A DNA stretch of 64,000 bases, from IMG/VR virus record IMGVR_UViG_2513237360_000007, positions 10,637 through 74,636 of that record, one strand, 5' to 3'. This document shows positions 50,993 through 61,247 of this stretch, in pieces. Origin of the DNA: a virus (Duplodnaviria > Caudoviricetes). The notes under the pieces were generated by a model. That model was not told where the DNA came from. It did not search any database and saw only the letters and a program-made list of their open reading frames with translations. Positions within the stretch are counted from its first letter, which is position 1. Every line of letters begins with the position of its first letter. A program made the translations under genes and the position numbers.

Positions 50993-51319
50993 ATGATAGC
51001 TCATGAGATATACGCGCAAATTTATAATAATACCGTAACACAGGTTGGTGTAGCCTTTAGTTATGAGGATGCCAACCGAGTGGCACGGTGTGTTTATGGT
51101 GATAATGCGTTCGCGGTGAATTGTACATATTGCCCCTGTGAGGAAGGTGACACATACATAGATGGTACCTTTTATGATATTAATGGTACCGTTAGGGCAT
51201 GGCTACCTACACCAGAGCAAGAAATCACCCAGTTAAGAGACGAAAGTCTGCTACTTAAACAGGAAAACCAGGAACTGACGATAGCCTTGGCAGATATAAT
51301 TGGAGGTGTTTCAATATGA
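50993..51319 (+). CDS. Tail fibre assembly-like protein
   Basis: Follows fibre; C-terminal coiled coil ELTIALADIIGG. Confidence 0.6.
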   Translation: MIAHEIYAQIYNNTVTQVGVAFSYEDANRVARCVYGDNAFAVNCTYCPCEEGDTYIDGTFYDINGTVRAWLPTPEQEITQLRDESLLLKQENQELTIALADIIGGVSI

Positions 51320-51474
51320 TTAGCAATATACAGCGCAATATCATTATCCGTGCCTTACGGATCCGGGTGAGCCATGGAGAAAAACCTGAAGAAATCTTAT
51401 CAGGATACACAAAATTATCAGATAAAGAAAAAACGGATATATTAGCAGCTGTTAAAGATGGCGGCGTTATTTAA
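51316..51474 (+). CDS. 52-aa phage protein (MISNIQRNIIIRAL...)
   Basis: GGAGG SD, ATG overlapping the upstream stop. Confidence 0.6.
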   Translation: MISNIQRNIIIRALRIRVSHGEKPEEILSGYTKLSDKEKTDILAAVKDGGVI

Positions 51475-52495
51475 GCCTATTCGCTTAAATCTTATGGAAA
51501 GGAATAGTGATTGCATTATGGATAATGCTTATGCAAAAGGAAAAAAACTGTTTTGGGGTGATTATTTTCAATACACTCCTACCGGCGTTAGTCTTGCGAA
51601 AAAGGCTGGGCGATATATAACTGATGGATCTAAAGTTCAACGAGGTGATTTAGCATTCTTCTACTACTCTTCCCTCGGTCGTGTAGGACATGTCTTAGCT
51701 GCCTATGTAGTATCGGTTAATCAGACGAAGCAAACCATTTATATCAAATCCATTGAAGGAAATACTTCTGGGGTAGCCTATGAACGTAATGGTGGAATGG
51801 TCGCTATTAAAGAATATACTATCAAATTCTCTGAGATTGGTGGTAAAAACAAATTCAACGGTTTTGCTCGTCCTATGTATGGCAATGATACTTGTACCAT
51901 TGATGAATTCATTGAGATTCTTGAAGGTGAAGTAGGATATATTGAAAAAGCATCTAATAGCCAATTGGACAGCAAAACTTCCAATTCTGGCGACAATAAC
52001 TATACTAAATATGGAAAGTGGTACGGGTGCAATGGCGTTGCTTGGTGTGCCCAGTTCGTATCCTGGTGTGGTTATGTAGCATGTAAAAAGCATATGGAAC
52101 TAACCAGGACTGGTTGGGAACGGCAAACAGATGGAACTTGGAAGTATCTTCTAAACGGTGAGTATATCAGAGATTCTTGGAAAGAAATCGCTACTGCTGC
52201 TGGGAAACAATGGTTTGCGTTTGTCGGAGATGGGACAATGGTTACCGGATGGTTTGGAAATGCTGAAAATGGTTGGTATTACATGAATCCTGCCGATGGT
52301 GCCATGCTTTCTTCCCAATGGTTCGATATAAATGGAAAATGGTATTACGCAACCAAATCGGGTCTGACAGCCCAAAATACATATGTCAAATCCACAACCT
52401 CCGGTGTATATTGTTGGCTTAACACTGACGGTATCTGGGAAGAAAAATGGGATACAACAACTCCTGATTTGTTAAAGTATGAATTAGCTGAATGA
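51458..52495 (+). CDS. Endolysin: circularly permuted CHAP domain plus cell-wall-binding repeats (true start probably 51494 or 51518)
   Basis: GHV...EGNTS half precedes EVGY.EK...WCAQFVSW half; C-terminal WYY/WKY repeats. Confidence 0.85.
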   Translation: MAALFKPIRLNLMERNSDCIMDNAYAKGKKLFWGDYFQYTPTGVSLAKKAGRYITDGSKVQRGDLAFFYYSSLGRVGHVLAAYVVSVNQTKQTIYIKSIEGNTSGVAYERNGGMVAIKEYTIKFSEIGGKNKFNGFARPMYGNDTCTIDEFIEILEGEVGYIEKASNSQLDSKTSNSGDNNYTKYGKWYGCNGVAWCAQFVSWCGYVACKKHMELTRTGWERQTDGTWKYLLNGEYIRDSWKEIATAAGKQWFAFVGDGTMVTGWFGNAENGWYYMNPADGAMLSSQWFDINGKWYYATKSGLTAQNTYVKSTTSGVYCWLNTDGIWEEKWDTTTPDLLKYELAE

Positions 52496-52515
52496 AAGGA
52501 ATGGTGTGAGTTGGT

Positions 52516-53007
52516 TTGAATACAATAGAAACGTTATTTAATACATGGACAATGGATACCTTATTATCCATTTTTTTATTGCTGTTTGCGCTCAAGGAGA
52601 TATGGAATATTTTAAATTGGTTTTTAGAAATATTAGGAGTTCAGACAAAATGGTCTTTGCAAAAGAAATATGATAAAGATATGCTTTTGCGGCATGAAGA
52701 AAAACTCAATGATATTTCCTCATATGTACATACAACAAAAGACAAAATCAATGTGCTTGGGCAAATGATTTTAGACATGCAAGATAAAACTGACGCAACT
52801 GAAAGAGCCAGACTCAAGGATCGAATCTCTCAAGCATATAGGATTTACCATGAAAAAGGTGAATGGAGCTATATGGAGAAGGAATCCTTCGGGGACTTAA
52901 TCCGCGATTATGAAGCGCATGGGGGTAAAAATAGTTTTGTTCACGACACATGTGAGCCCGAATCAAATTTATGGAAAGTTATCAGCCGCACTTCTACGGA
53001 TGATTAA
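52516..53007 (+). CDS. Lysis-module membrane protein
   Basis: N-terminal TM helix, coiled coil, YEAHGGKNSFV motif. Confidence 0.65.
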   Translation: MNTIETLFNTWTMDTLLSIFLLLFALKEIWNILNWFLEILGVQTKWSLQKKYDKDMLLRHEEKLNDISSYVHTTKDKINVLGQMILDMQDKTDATERARLKDRISQAYRIYHEKGEWSYMEKESFGDLIRDYEAHGGKNSFVHDTCEPESNLWKVISRTSTDD

Positions 53008-53025
53008 ATCCAGTTAGGAGACAAA

Positions 53026-53499
53026 ATGCCAAATATAATATTAGACAATAGCAAAATCAGAACCGTAGATTTTAGCTCCAGTACAGAATATGAACTGACT
53101 GATTTGAGTTTTTATATTCCTGCCGAATATTTTGATCATACAATTTATGCCATCATTTATGACTGTACCGGTGTTAATGAAATCTGCAGCTTAACAAATA
53201 CGGAACTTAGAGCCAATTATAAAGTCTTCAACTTTGACCCTTCTTATTCTTATCGGATTAAGTCTGGCAATTCAATAATATATCTAGTTTTAATTAGCCC
53301 GGATATGGGATCTATCACTATTTCGCAGGATTTACACGTAATTGTAAAGATTGATAAAATGAAAGTTAGTCACTATACGCTACTAACAGAAACTTTTTCC
53401 AAACAATTGGCGGATACGTACACCAAAATTGAAGAGCTAACCAAACTAAATATTGATATATATGAAAAAATTGTATTATTACATAAGGAGGTGACGTAA
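53026..53499 (+). CDS. Hypothetical structural protein
   Basis: AGGAG SD; synteny. Confidence 0.65.
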   Translation: MPNIILDNSKIRTVDFSSSTEYELTDLSFYIPAEYFDHTIYAIIYDCTGVNEICSLTNTELRANYKVFNFDPSYSYRIKSGNSIIYLVLISPDMGSITISQDLHVIVKIDKMKVSHYTLLTETFSKQLADTYTKIEELTKLNIDIYEKIVLLHKEVT

Positions 53500-56400
53500 T
53501 TGATCCTAGATGTACAGCATTATAAAGATGAACTCAAAGAAATTCAAAACAATACATCCGTAACTCATACTACTTTTAACTCCTTGGATCAGCACCTCAT
53601 TATCAATACCAAAACTCGTGAAATACAATTGCCAACAGACTTTCGTTTCCTGGGTGTTGAAAATGATCATGCTGCAAAAACGTTCTATTTTGAAATTGAT
53701 AGATATTACGATGGCACGGACCTTAGCATTCACACCTGTATTGTACAATACATATGTTCTGATGGTGTGCAAATCGCCGAGGGCTTTTATCCAGTTACTG
53801 AGTTTGATTTAGATTCTGTTCCAGATAAAATCATTTTTGGCTGGACCGTTAACAATGATGTCACCAGTATTCCCGGTAATGTGTTTTTTGCTATTAGATT
53901 CTACTCAATCACCGATAATTCCTTTTCATATAACTTCAATACATTAGAAGCAAAAACGTCAATCCTGGATGGTATGGACACAACTAAGTCTGATCTATTA
54001 ATTACACCGTCCATTCTTTCGATGTGGGAATACCGAATGAATAAGCTGAATGCTTCTATTACAAATGATATTGCGAACTTTGAAGATAGAATGTCTGCTC
54101 AGGTTACTGTAGCTTCGCATTTTGCCAATGATTCTTCCGATGCTGCTACCAAGTCCGCCGAGTCGGCTGCTGCTTCTGCCCAGGCGCTTGCAGACAATAA
54201 GGCTTATGTAGAATCCCAGAAAGATGCCTTTGTGGGATATAACCGTCACGAAACGGATGTTAAATATGCTAATGCGCTTACTAGCTCGACCGGAGGATCC
54301 GGCCACGTTACAGTTAATGATGCTGCCGCAGCACCTTTTGTCAATCTAAATGTTGCGGGCAAGGGTGAGCAGGTGAGAGCGACCGGAGCACAGTTAATGG
54401 ACACTTCTAGGATGGCGAGAATACACAATGATGTTGTTTTTACTGTTCGGGAGGATGGTAGTATTCTGGTGACGGGGAATACATTACAGAATGCAGCTAA
54501 TTCTGCCGTTGCTTCAACTAATTTATCACCTGGTACCTACTATGTCAGTGGAAGTGTCCCAATAGACAATTCCAAGATTTTTGTCAAGGCAAAGAAATGG
54601 TATAGTGACGGTTCATCTGTTGTTATCAATGATACTTCTTTTGTTGTAGATGGAACAGAAACGAAAATAGACTATTTTATCCAAATCTATCAGGGATTAT
54701 CTGATTTTAAGGTTGTTGTCTATCCTATGCTTAATGCAGGTCCCATACCTCTACCTTGGGAACCCTACACAGGCGGTAAGCCTTCGCCGTCACCGGAGTA
54801 TCCGCAGGAGGTTATCGGAACAGGGACAGTTACAATGGGAATGCAATTATTACCAGATAGTGCCCTGTCCACAGGTTACTTAACGAGTGCGGATGGGAAA
54901 AAAGACCCAAACAGTATTTATAGGACGATCTGGATTAATCTATTGGCCGGAACATACACATTTTCAGTTTCTGGTGGAGCAATGATCGTTAAGACAGTTA
55001 TCGATGGAGTATTTGGCAATAATAACACTGCCATTGTAGATGGATCAGGATATACATGTATATTGGCATCAGATGGATACTTAGGGATATCATTTAGAAA
55101 GCTTGATTCTACTGAATATACTACAGAACCACAAGTTATGCTTAATATTGGAACCAGAACTAACCCATGGGAACCATATACAGGAGGGAAACCCAGCCCC
55201 TCAAGTGAGTATCCGCAACCACTGGCCATAACTGTAACTGGCGCGCAATTAATTAATCCAGATAGTAGAAATGCCAGCCGCGCTATCTGCACTGTTATTA
55301 ATGATAAAATTAAAATCGTAGCTGTAGATGATACTGGCTGGCAAAATATACATTTTCGCATCGGTCCAGCAGAAAAATATGCCGGGAAGAAGTTATATCT
55401 GCATATTACGAATATGAGCGGGGGAACGGATACGGCAAGGGCTATGTTAGTTTGGACGAAAGATAATATTGGTGCTGTCACGTCATTTTTCACATATGGT
55501 AAATCCCAATTTGGAACATGGAAGGAAATTGATATCCCTTCTTCTATTCCTGATTCAGCAGATACTTTGTCGCTATACTTGTGTATCACTGAGTATAAAA
55601 ATGATAACTCATATCCTGTAATAGGCACAGAAGCAGTCTTTGAAAGGGTGATCTTATCGGAATCAAAAGTTGATTGGAGGCCTTACCAGTCCAATACCGC
55701 AACTATCCAGTTAACATCTCCGCTCTATGCTGTGGAGGATCACAAAGATGAGATTACTATGACCAAGCGGATTAACCGGTGTGTGGAGCTTGAGTTTAAT
55801 GGGAGCGAGGATTGGGGTCTTTATGATAGCACAGTATATAAAGGGTTTTGGTTATACAATGCGCTTCCGGAAAAAATGAATAGGCGAGAAGGATTTTGTA
55901 ATCAATTAAAAATTGATACAATTGGCCGAAAAACAGAAAACGGTTTATGGTTAGGCCCAAACAGTGGCAATAAAGCTATTTATGCTATAAATAGTCAATT
56001 TTTTGATGACACAGCCGCCGATAAGGGCCTTGCTGCCTGGAAAGCCCATCTTGCATCCCATCCACTTAAGATAGTCACCTATCTGGATACTCCAGTGGAG
56101 ACAGACCTCCCCGCCGCAACTCAATCCGCCCTAAACGCCCTTACCACCTTTACCGGTACCACCCACATCACCATCACTGCCGGAGGGGCGGAACCAGATG
56201 TGGCCGTGGAATACGTTCAGGACACCCAAACCGCCTTGGAAAATATACAAAAAAATGCCGTGACACCAGAACAAATATCTGAAGCAGTTGAAACTTATAT
56301 GGAAAAGAATCCCGAAATCACGCTTCCGGATGATATACTACCAAGGATTACAGCTTTAGAAAATCAGATTGCCGATCTATTGTATAAAGCTATTTCTATT

Positions 56401-56955
56401 ACTAGCTTCACAACAAATGTAACGACAGCCGAATTAGGATCAACTGTAAACTCTCTAACTCTAAAGTGGACAACAAATAAAGTTCCCAAGTCCTTGATTC
56501 TTGATAGCGAAGTCATCAATACTTCTTTATCTCAGAAAGTACTAACGAATGCTGGGATCACCTCGGACAAGACATACAGACTTACCGCCACAGATGAAAG
56601 AAATGCCAGTGCCAGTAAGACCGCATCTATCGCATTTCTCAATGGATGCTATTACGGAGTCAGTTCAGATGTTAGTGATGCAGCTATTAATAATCAGCTC
56701 ATCCTTAGTTTTACAAAAGTTCTTTCTAATTCTAAGGCACGCACTATTACTGTGAATCCTGGAACAGATGAGTATATTTACTATGCTATCCCCGCCCGTC
56801 TCGGAACTCCGGTATTTAAGGTCAGCGGTTTTGAAGGTGGTTTTTCACTAGCAAAGACACTCAGCTTTACAAACGCAAGCGGTTATACTGAAAATTATAA
56901 TGTATATCGTTCAACAAATAAAGGACTCGGCAACACAACAATTGATATTTCATAG
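53500..56955 (+). CDS. BppU-like receptor-binding/tail fibre protein with carbohydrate-binding-like modules
   Basis: N-terminal FEIDRYYDG.DLS BppU-type region; repeated PWEPYTGGKPSP linkers; Ig-like C-terminus. Confidence 0.75.
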   Translation: MILDVQHYKDELKEIQNNTSVTHTTFNSLDQHLIINTKTREIQLPTDFRFLGVENDHAAKTFYFEIDRYYDGTDLSIHTCIVQYICSDGVQIAEGFYPVTEFDLDSVPDKIIFGWTVNNDVTSIPGNVFFAIRFYSITDNSFSYNFNTLEAKTSILDGMDTTKSDLLITPSILSMWEYRMNKLNASITNDIANFEDRMSAQVTVASHFANDSSDAATKSAESAAASAQALADNKAYVESQKDAFVGYNRHETDVKYANALTSSTGGSGHVTVNDAAAAPFVNLNVAGKGEQVRATGAQLMDTSRMARIHNDVVFTVREDGSILVTGNTLQNAANSAVASTNLSPGTYYVSGSVPIDNSKIFVKAKKWYSDGSSVVINDTSFVVDGTETKIDYFIQIYQGLSDFKVVVYPMLNAGPIPLPWEPYTGGKPSPSPEYPQEVIGTGTVTMGMQLLPDSALSTGYLTSADGKKDPNSIYRTIWINLLAGTYTFSVSGGAMIVKTVIDGVFGNNNTAIVDGSGYTCILASDGYLGISFRKLDSTEYTTEPQVMLNIGTRTNPWEPYTGGKPSPSSEYPQPLAITVTGAQLINPDSRNASRAICTVINDKIKIVAVDDTGWQNIHFRIGPAEKYAGKKLYLHITNMSGGTDTARAMLVWTKDNIGAVTSFFTYGKSQFGTWKEIDIPSSIPDSADTLSLYLCITEYKNDNSYPVIGTEAVFERVILSESKVDWRPYQSNTATIQLTSPLYAVEDHKDEITMTKRINRCVELEFNGSEDWGLYDSTVYKGFWLYNALPEKMNRREGFCNQLKIDTIGRKTENGLWLGPNSGNKAIYAINSQFFDDTAADKGLAAWKAHLASHPLKIVTYLDTPVETDLPAATQSALNALTTFTGTTHITITAGGAEPDVAVEYVQDTQTALENIQKNAVTPEQISEAVETYMEKNPEITLPDDILPRITALENQIADLLYKAISITSFTTNVTTAELGSTVNSLTLKWTTNKVPKSLILDSEVINTSLSQKVLTNAGITSDKTYRLTATDERNASASKTASIAFLNGCYYGVSSDVSDAAINNQLILSFTKVLSNSKARTITVNPGTDEYIYYAIPARLGTPVFKVSGFEGGFSLAKTLSFTNASGYTENYNVYRSTNKGLGNTTIDIS

Positions 56956-56972
56956 AATGGAGGCTTGTTGAA

Positions 56973-59900
56973 ATGCCTATAAAAGTTATTGACACAATCG
57001 AGCCTAAGACATCTGATTTTAAGGTTGTTGATGCCTCAAACGTAAGTTATAAAGGAAACAGCTTAGAAAAACATCTTGAATCATATTCAGGAACAGACGT
57101 CAATGCTTTAGAGGAGGCTACTGAATTAGAGTATGGGATTGTAATCAGCGAAGATATCCAGAAAAAAATATCAATGGATCATATGGTAGAATGTATCATT
57201 AACCGTGCGATTGAACTGGGGTTGATCAATCCCGTCATCAGCGGCCTCTCCACATACTCCGTTGTCAATTGGTCAGATAATTGGAGTTTTACAAAAGATA
57301 ACTCTACATATACAATCGTCAATCTCCCCCATACCTGCAACCAAACGGATGGGGCAAGCCAAAGTATGTACCGTGGGAAGACATGGTATAGTAAAGATTT
57401 AGTTGTATCCAATGATGATGGAACGAAGGTATTTTATATTATATTTGAAGCGGCCGGACAGAAATCCATTGTTTATGTAGACAACGTAGAGATGAGCAGT
57501 TATGGAGGCGGATATACACCATTCATACTTAAACTTGCTAATCTCACATCCGGCGCACATAAAATAAAGATAATGTGTGATAATACTGCTGATACTAACC
57601 TGATACCAGTATCAGCAGATTTCAACTTTAATAACGGGCTACATAGGGATGTCTATCTCTTTACCCAGTCATTGGTTGGCTTTGATGCAGTCGAATTTGG
57701 TGATTCAAGAATGCACATTATTCCATCCGTTGTTACAATTGGCAGCACTAGCAATGCCAGCGCCAAGTTGTCTATAAAGGCTAAAATAATTAATACCGGA
57801 GTAAAAAACATCAATGCGGTTATCCGAATGACACTGTATGAGAGATCGACCGGGAATACAATACTCTCTGATTCTGAAAATGTTATGCTGCCATCTTCCG
57901 GAAGTTACAATTATGATGCCACATTTGACGTAACCTCTGTACATTTATGGAATGGTATTAAGGATCCCTTCCTATATATCGTCAAGCTGGATCTTCTCGT
58001 ATATGGTGATATTCTGGTAGACACACTCTCCGACCGCATTGGTTTCCGCAAAATATCTCTGGATGAAGCAAACGGCTTTCTACTGAATGATAAAAGCTAC
58101 CCGCTGAGAGGCGTTGCAATGCATCAGGATTATCCGGGAGTCATGTCTGCTATGACCAAAGACTGCTTTGATGCTGACTACTCTACCGTGATTGATATTG
58201 GCTGTAATGTAGTTAGGCTGGCTCATTACCCGCACGATAAATATGCATTTCAAAAATGTGATGAACTCGGCCTGATTGTACAGACTGAAATTCCATGGGT
58301 GAATCATTGCGGCGTAAATGCCACTCAGGAATACTATGACTGCATAAAAACCAATCTGGAAAGTATGATAAGAAATCACTACAACCACCCCTCCATTGTT
58401 TTCTGGGGACTTTCCAATGAACTGAATGGAAGCCACTGGAAAGGCGGCGGAGATCCACAAGGAGGTTATAGCTATTCAAAAGCGCTGGAATGGAATAACC
58501 TTTTGTACACATATGCAAAGACACTGGATAGCACCAGGTTTATTGGTTTTGTTGCACATCCAAACACCTTTAACAATACCCCGGCAAATTCGGCTGATTG
58601 GTCGGCTGATTGGATCGGACTCAATCTATATTATGGATGGTACTATGGTAATTTTAATGGGCTTACTACTGCCCTGGATCATTATCACAACCATAGGCCT
58701 TTTCTCGCATTAACAGAATATGGCGCCGGTGGGAATCCAGCAACCCACAGCGAGACTCCTTTGACAACCACCACAACCGGAACCGGCGGAGCTGTTCATG
58801 ATGAAGAGTATCAGAATCTATTCCACGAGTCTCACTTAGAGCAGATCCAAGCCAAGCCATGGCTGGTATTCACCTCGCTCTGGGTACTGTTTGATTTTGC
58901 GGTATCCGGGAGAAACGAGGGCCGGATGCCCTATACAAACAATAAAGGGCTCATCACGCGGGATAGACAGGTTAAGAAAGATTCCTTTTTCTTATATAAG
59001 GCTGCCTGGAACCCTGAACCGATGATCTACATTACAAGCCGCCGATTTACTGCAGTGCGTCCAGATACAATATCCATCAAGGTCTATGCGAACACGGACT
59101 CGGTATCACTTTACCGGGCAGATGGGACCACATTGATCGCCACACTTACCACAGCTACAAAATGTGGCGTTGTCTGGGAGTTTAAAAATGTCTCCTTCTC
59201 TTCCTCTACATCCGATGAGGTCTTTGTCGTAAAAGGCACCAAGGATGGTTTTGAAGTACGGGATGAAGTTACCTTCTATCATGAAGTGCAAGAAGCGCCT
59301 GGACCAGAATATGATTATCATGTTGACATTGACTTTACCGGCTCAAATGACAACCTTGTTGCCAATGATAAAATGGGACATGCAACAGTTAGCTTGTCAG
59401 GTTTTACTGGTATTGCAACATCCGGATTTAATTCCGCCGGATATCTAAATAATACAGATGGCACCGGTTTGGTTACTATAAGTAATCTTGGACTTGATCA
59501 ATTATCTGGTCCCGTTGAAATCGGTATGGAGTTTGCGGATTTCCCATTCACTACAATAAACCACAGAGGGCGATTCATCATAATGAATGATGATATATAT
59601 GACTGCTATGTGATATGCGATGATGATTCAAGAAAATACATTGCTATTGAATATACAAATGACAATAATACTACAGTTGTAGGAAGAACACCGCAGCTTA
59701 GCACACAGTATTCCTATAGCAATTTTAAGCTGACTATGCGCTTTGATGATATTTCCCATCCTTGCTCATCTTTCCGATATACCCGTACACCATCTGGAGG
59801 CACGGAAGAAGAAATCGTTGTCTCAGAGATGAATGACTATAATACGCCTGGAACGATCCAGCCATTAAGTCACTTCACTCGTGCTGCAATCACTGGAAAC

Positions 59901-61172
59901 AGTATATACCTATTGAACCGATCAGCGAAGGATCGTCCTTTAAAAGCAACTCTTAAACGTTTCTTTATAAGAACGGAGAAAACCGGACGTTACATTTCAG
60001 CTACTTATAGCAATAAAACTCCGGCAGTTGGAGACACGGTTGATCAATCATTAATAAATGTTACCCTAACAGAGGCAGACGGGACAAAACAGACCATATC
60101 AGATTTTACGATCACAGAAGCTGATCTCATATTAAAAGCGGGAACAAACACTTTTACTATAAATCATGATGGGCTTACATGTATCCTATCAATCCTGGTA
60201 GGTACAAGCTTAGTTATAACTCGGCAGCCAGAGAATGTCACAGCAAATGCTTGTGAATATGCATCCTTTGATATTGAAGCTACTGGTACAGACATATCCT
60301 ATCAATGGAAATATTATACAAACAACAAATGGATGGATGCATCTATGGGGGCATCGTTAACGGTTGAAGCCTTAGGTGTACGCAATGGCAGACAATATAA
60401 GTGTGTAGTATCAGATACTTTCGGGAATAGCGTTGAATCAAATGTTGCAACCTTGACAGTCAATATGCCAACTGCTGAGAAATATTACGACTTTGGCAGG
60501 AAGATAGCATATGTTCCACTATCTGGCCTAAATGAAAACAGCACTGTACTAGCTACCATTGAAGGATATTCCTATCCATCAAAAGACAACATCGAGGGTA
60601 CTCACATGATCACCAGCAAGGCTCCGAGTAATAACACCGGCACCTGTGGCGTTACAATACAGTTTAACGCTGATACGTATGAATCCTTTTATCTATGTAT
60701 GAATCATACTCCATCCTCTCAAAGCACGAATGTAGAACGATACAGCAGAGTATTTAAAACAGATCCATCTGTGCTAAAGTCGTATCCATTCACAGTATTG
60801 TTGACTCAAGATACTTTTAAAACAAACTATGATGAAGTATCAGAATATAATGCAATCGCATCTCCTGGTGTTCTTCAAAAATATTCCGGATATCTATACA
60901 TAAACACAGGCGATAGAAAAACACCCACAACAAAGAATCCTGAATATTACACTTCAGGCCAAGCTCTCGCAGAAGCCATAGTCAATGGAGATCAATACTA
61001 TAACTTCGATACCTTAAAGATTAGTATGCTTAAAGTATGGAAAGACACAAAATACACCCGTATATCTGAAGCATTGGAGTCAAAAGTAACACCTGATATA
61101 GATATTAAGATTGATGATGCTGGCTTGCCTTACAATGCCGGGACTGGCGGTACTCTTATATACAGTGTCTAG
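56973..61172 (+). CDS. GH2 glycoside hydrolase fused to a phage structural N-terminus and Ig-like domains
   Basis: YPLRGVAMHQD, RLAHYPH, WGLSNE (acid/base), TEYGAG (nucleophile), NKGLITRDR; C-terminal ITRQPEN...YQW...YKC Ig module. Confidence 0.88.
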   Translation: MPIKVIDTIEPKTSDFKVVDASNVSYKGNSLEKHLESYSGTDVNALEEATELEYGIVISEDIQKKISMDHMVECIINRAIELGLINPVISGLSTYSVVNWSDNWSFTKDNSTYTIVNLPHTCNQTDGASQSMYRGKTWYSKDLVVSNDDGTKVFYIIFEAAGQKSIVYVDNVEMSSYGGGYTPFILKLANLTSGAHKIKIMCDNTADTNLIPVSADFNFNNGLHRDVYLFTQSLVGFDAVEFGDSRMHIIPSVVTIGSTSNASAKLSIKAKIINTGVKNINAVIRMTLYERSTGNTILSDSENVMLPSSGSYNYDATFDVTSVHLWNGIKDPFLYIVKLDLLVYGDILVDTLSDRIGFRKISLDEANGFLLNDKSYPLRGVAMHQDYPGVMSAMTKDCFDADYSTVIDIGCNVVRLAHYPHDKYAFQKCDELGLIVQTEIPWVNHCGVNATQEYYDCIKTNLESMIRNHYNHPSIVFWGLSNELNGSHWKGGGDPQGGYSYSKALEWNNLLYTYAKTLDSTRFIGFVAHPNTFNNTPANSADWSADWIGLNLYYGWYYGNFNGLTTALDHYHNHRPFLALTEYGAGGNPATHSETPLTTTTTGTGGAVHDEEYQNLFHESHLEQIQAKPWLVFTSLWVLFDFAVSGRNEGRMPYTNNKGLITRDRQVKKDSFFLYKAAWNPEPMIYITSRRFTAVRPDTISIKVYANTDSVSLYRADGTTLIATLTTATKCGVVWEFKNVSFSSSTSDEVFVVKGTKDGFEVRDEVTFYHEVQEAPGPEYDYHVDIDFTGSNDNLVANDKMGHATVSLSGFTGIATSGFNSAGYLNNTDGTGLVTISNLGLDQLSGPVEIGMEFADFPFTTINHRGRFIIMNDDIYDCYVICDDDSRKYIAIEYTNDNNTTVVGRTPQLSTQYSYSNFKLTMRFDDISHPCSSFRYTRTPSGGTEEEIVVSEMNDYNTPGTIQPLSHFTRAAITGNSIYLLNRSAKDRPLKATLKRFFIRTEKTGRYISATYSNKTPAVGDTVDQSLINVTLTEADGTKQTISDFTITEADLILKAGTNTFTINHDGLTCILSILVGTSLVITRQPENVTANACEYASFDIEATGTDISYQWKYYTNNKWMDASMGASLTVEALGVRNGRQYKCVVSDTFGNSVESNVATLTVNMPTAEKYYDFGRKIAYVPLSGLNENSTVLATIEGYSYPSKDNIEGTHMITSKAPSNNTGTCGVTIQFNADTYESFYLCMNHTPSSQSTNVERYSRVFKTDPSVLKSYPFTVLLTQDTFKTNYDEVSEYNAIASPGVLQKYSGYLYINTGDRKTPTTKNPEYYTSGQALAEAIVNGDQYYNFDTLKISMLKVWKDTKYTRISEALESKVTPDIDIKIDDAGLPYNAGTGGTLIYSV

Positions 61173-61247
61173 TTTTGGGAAAAGTAATATTGGAATCACA
61201 AGGAAAGGGTGATATAATATTGTAAGGCGCAGTGAGGGGGTGGATGG

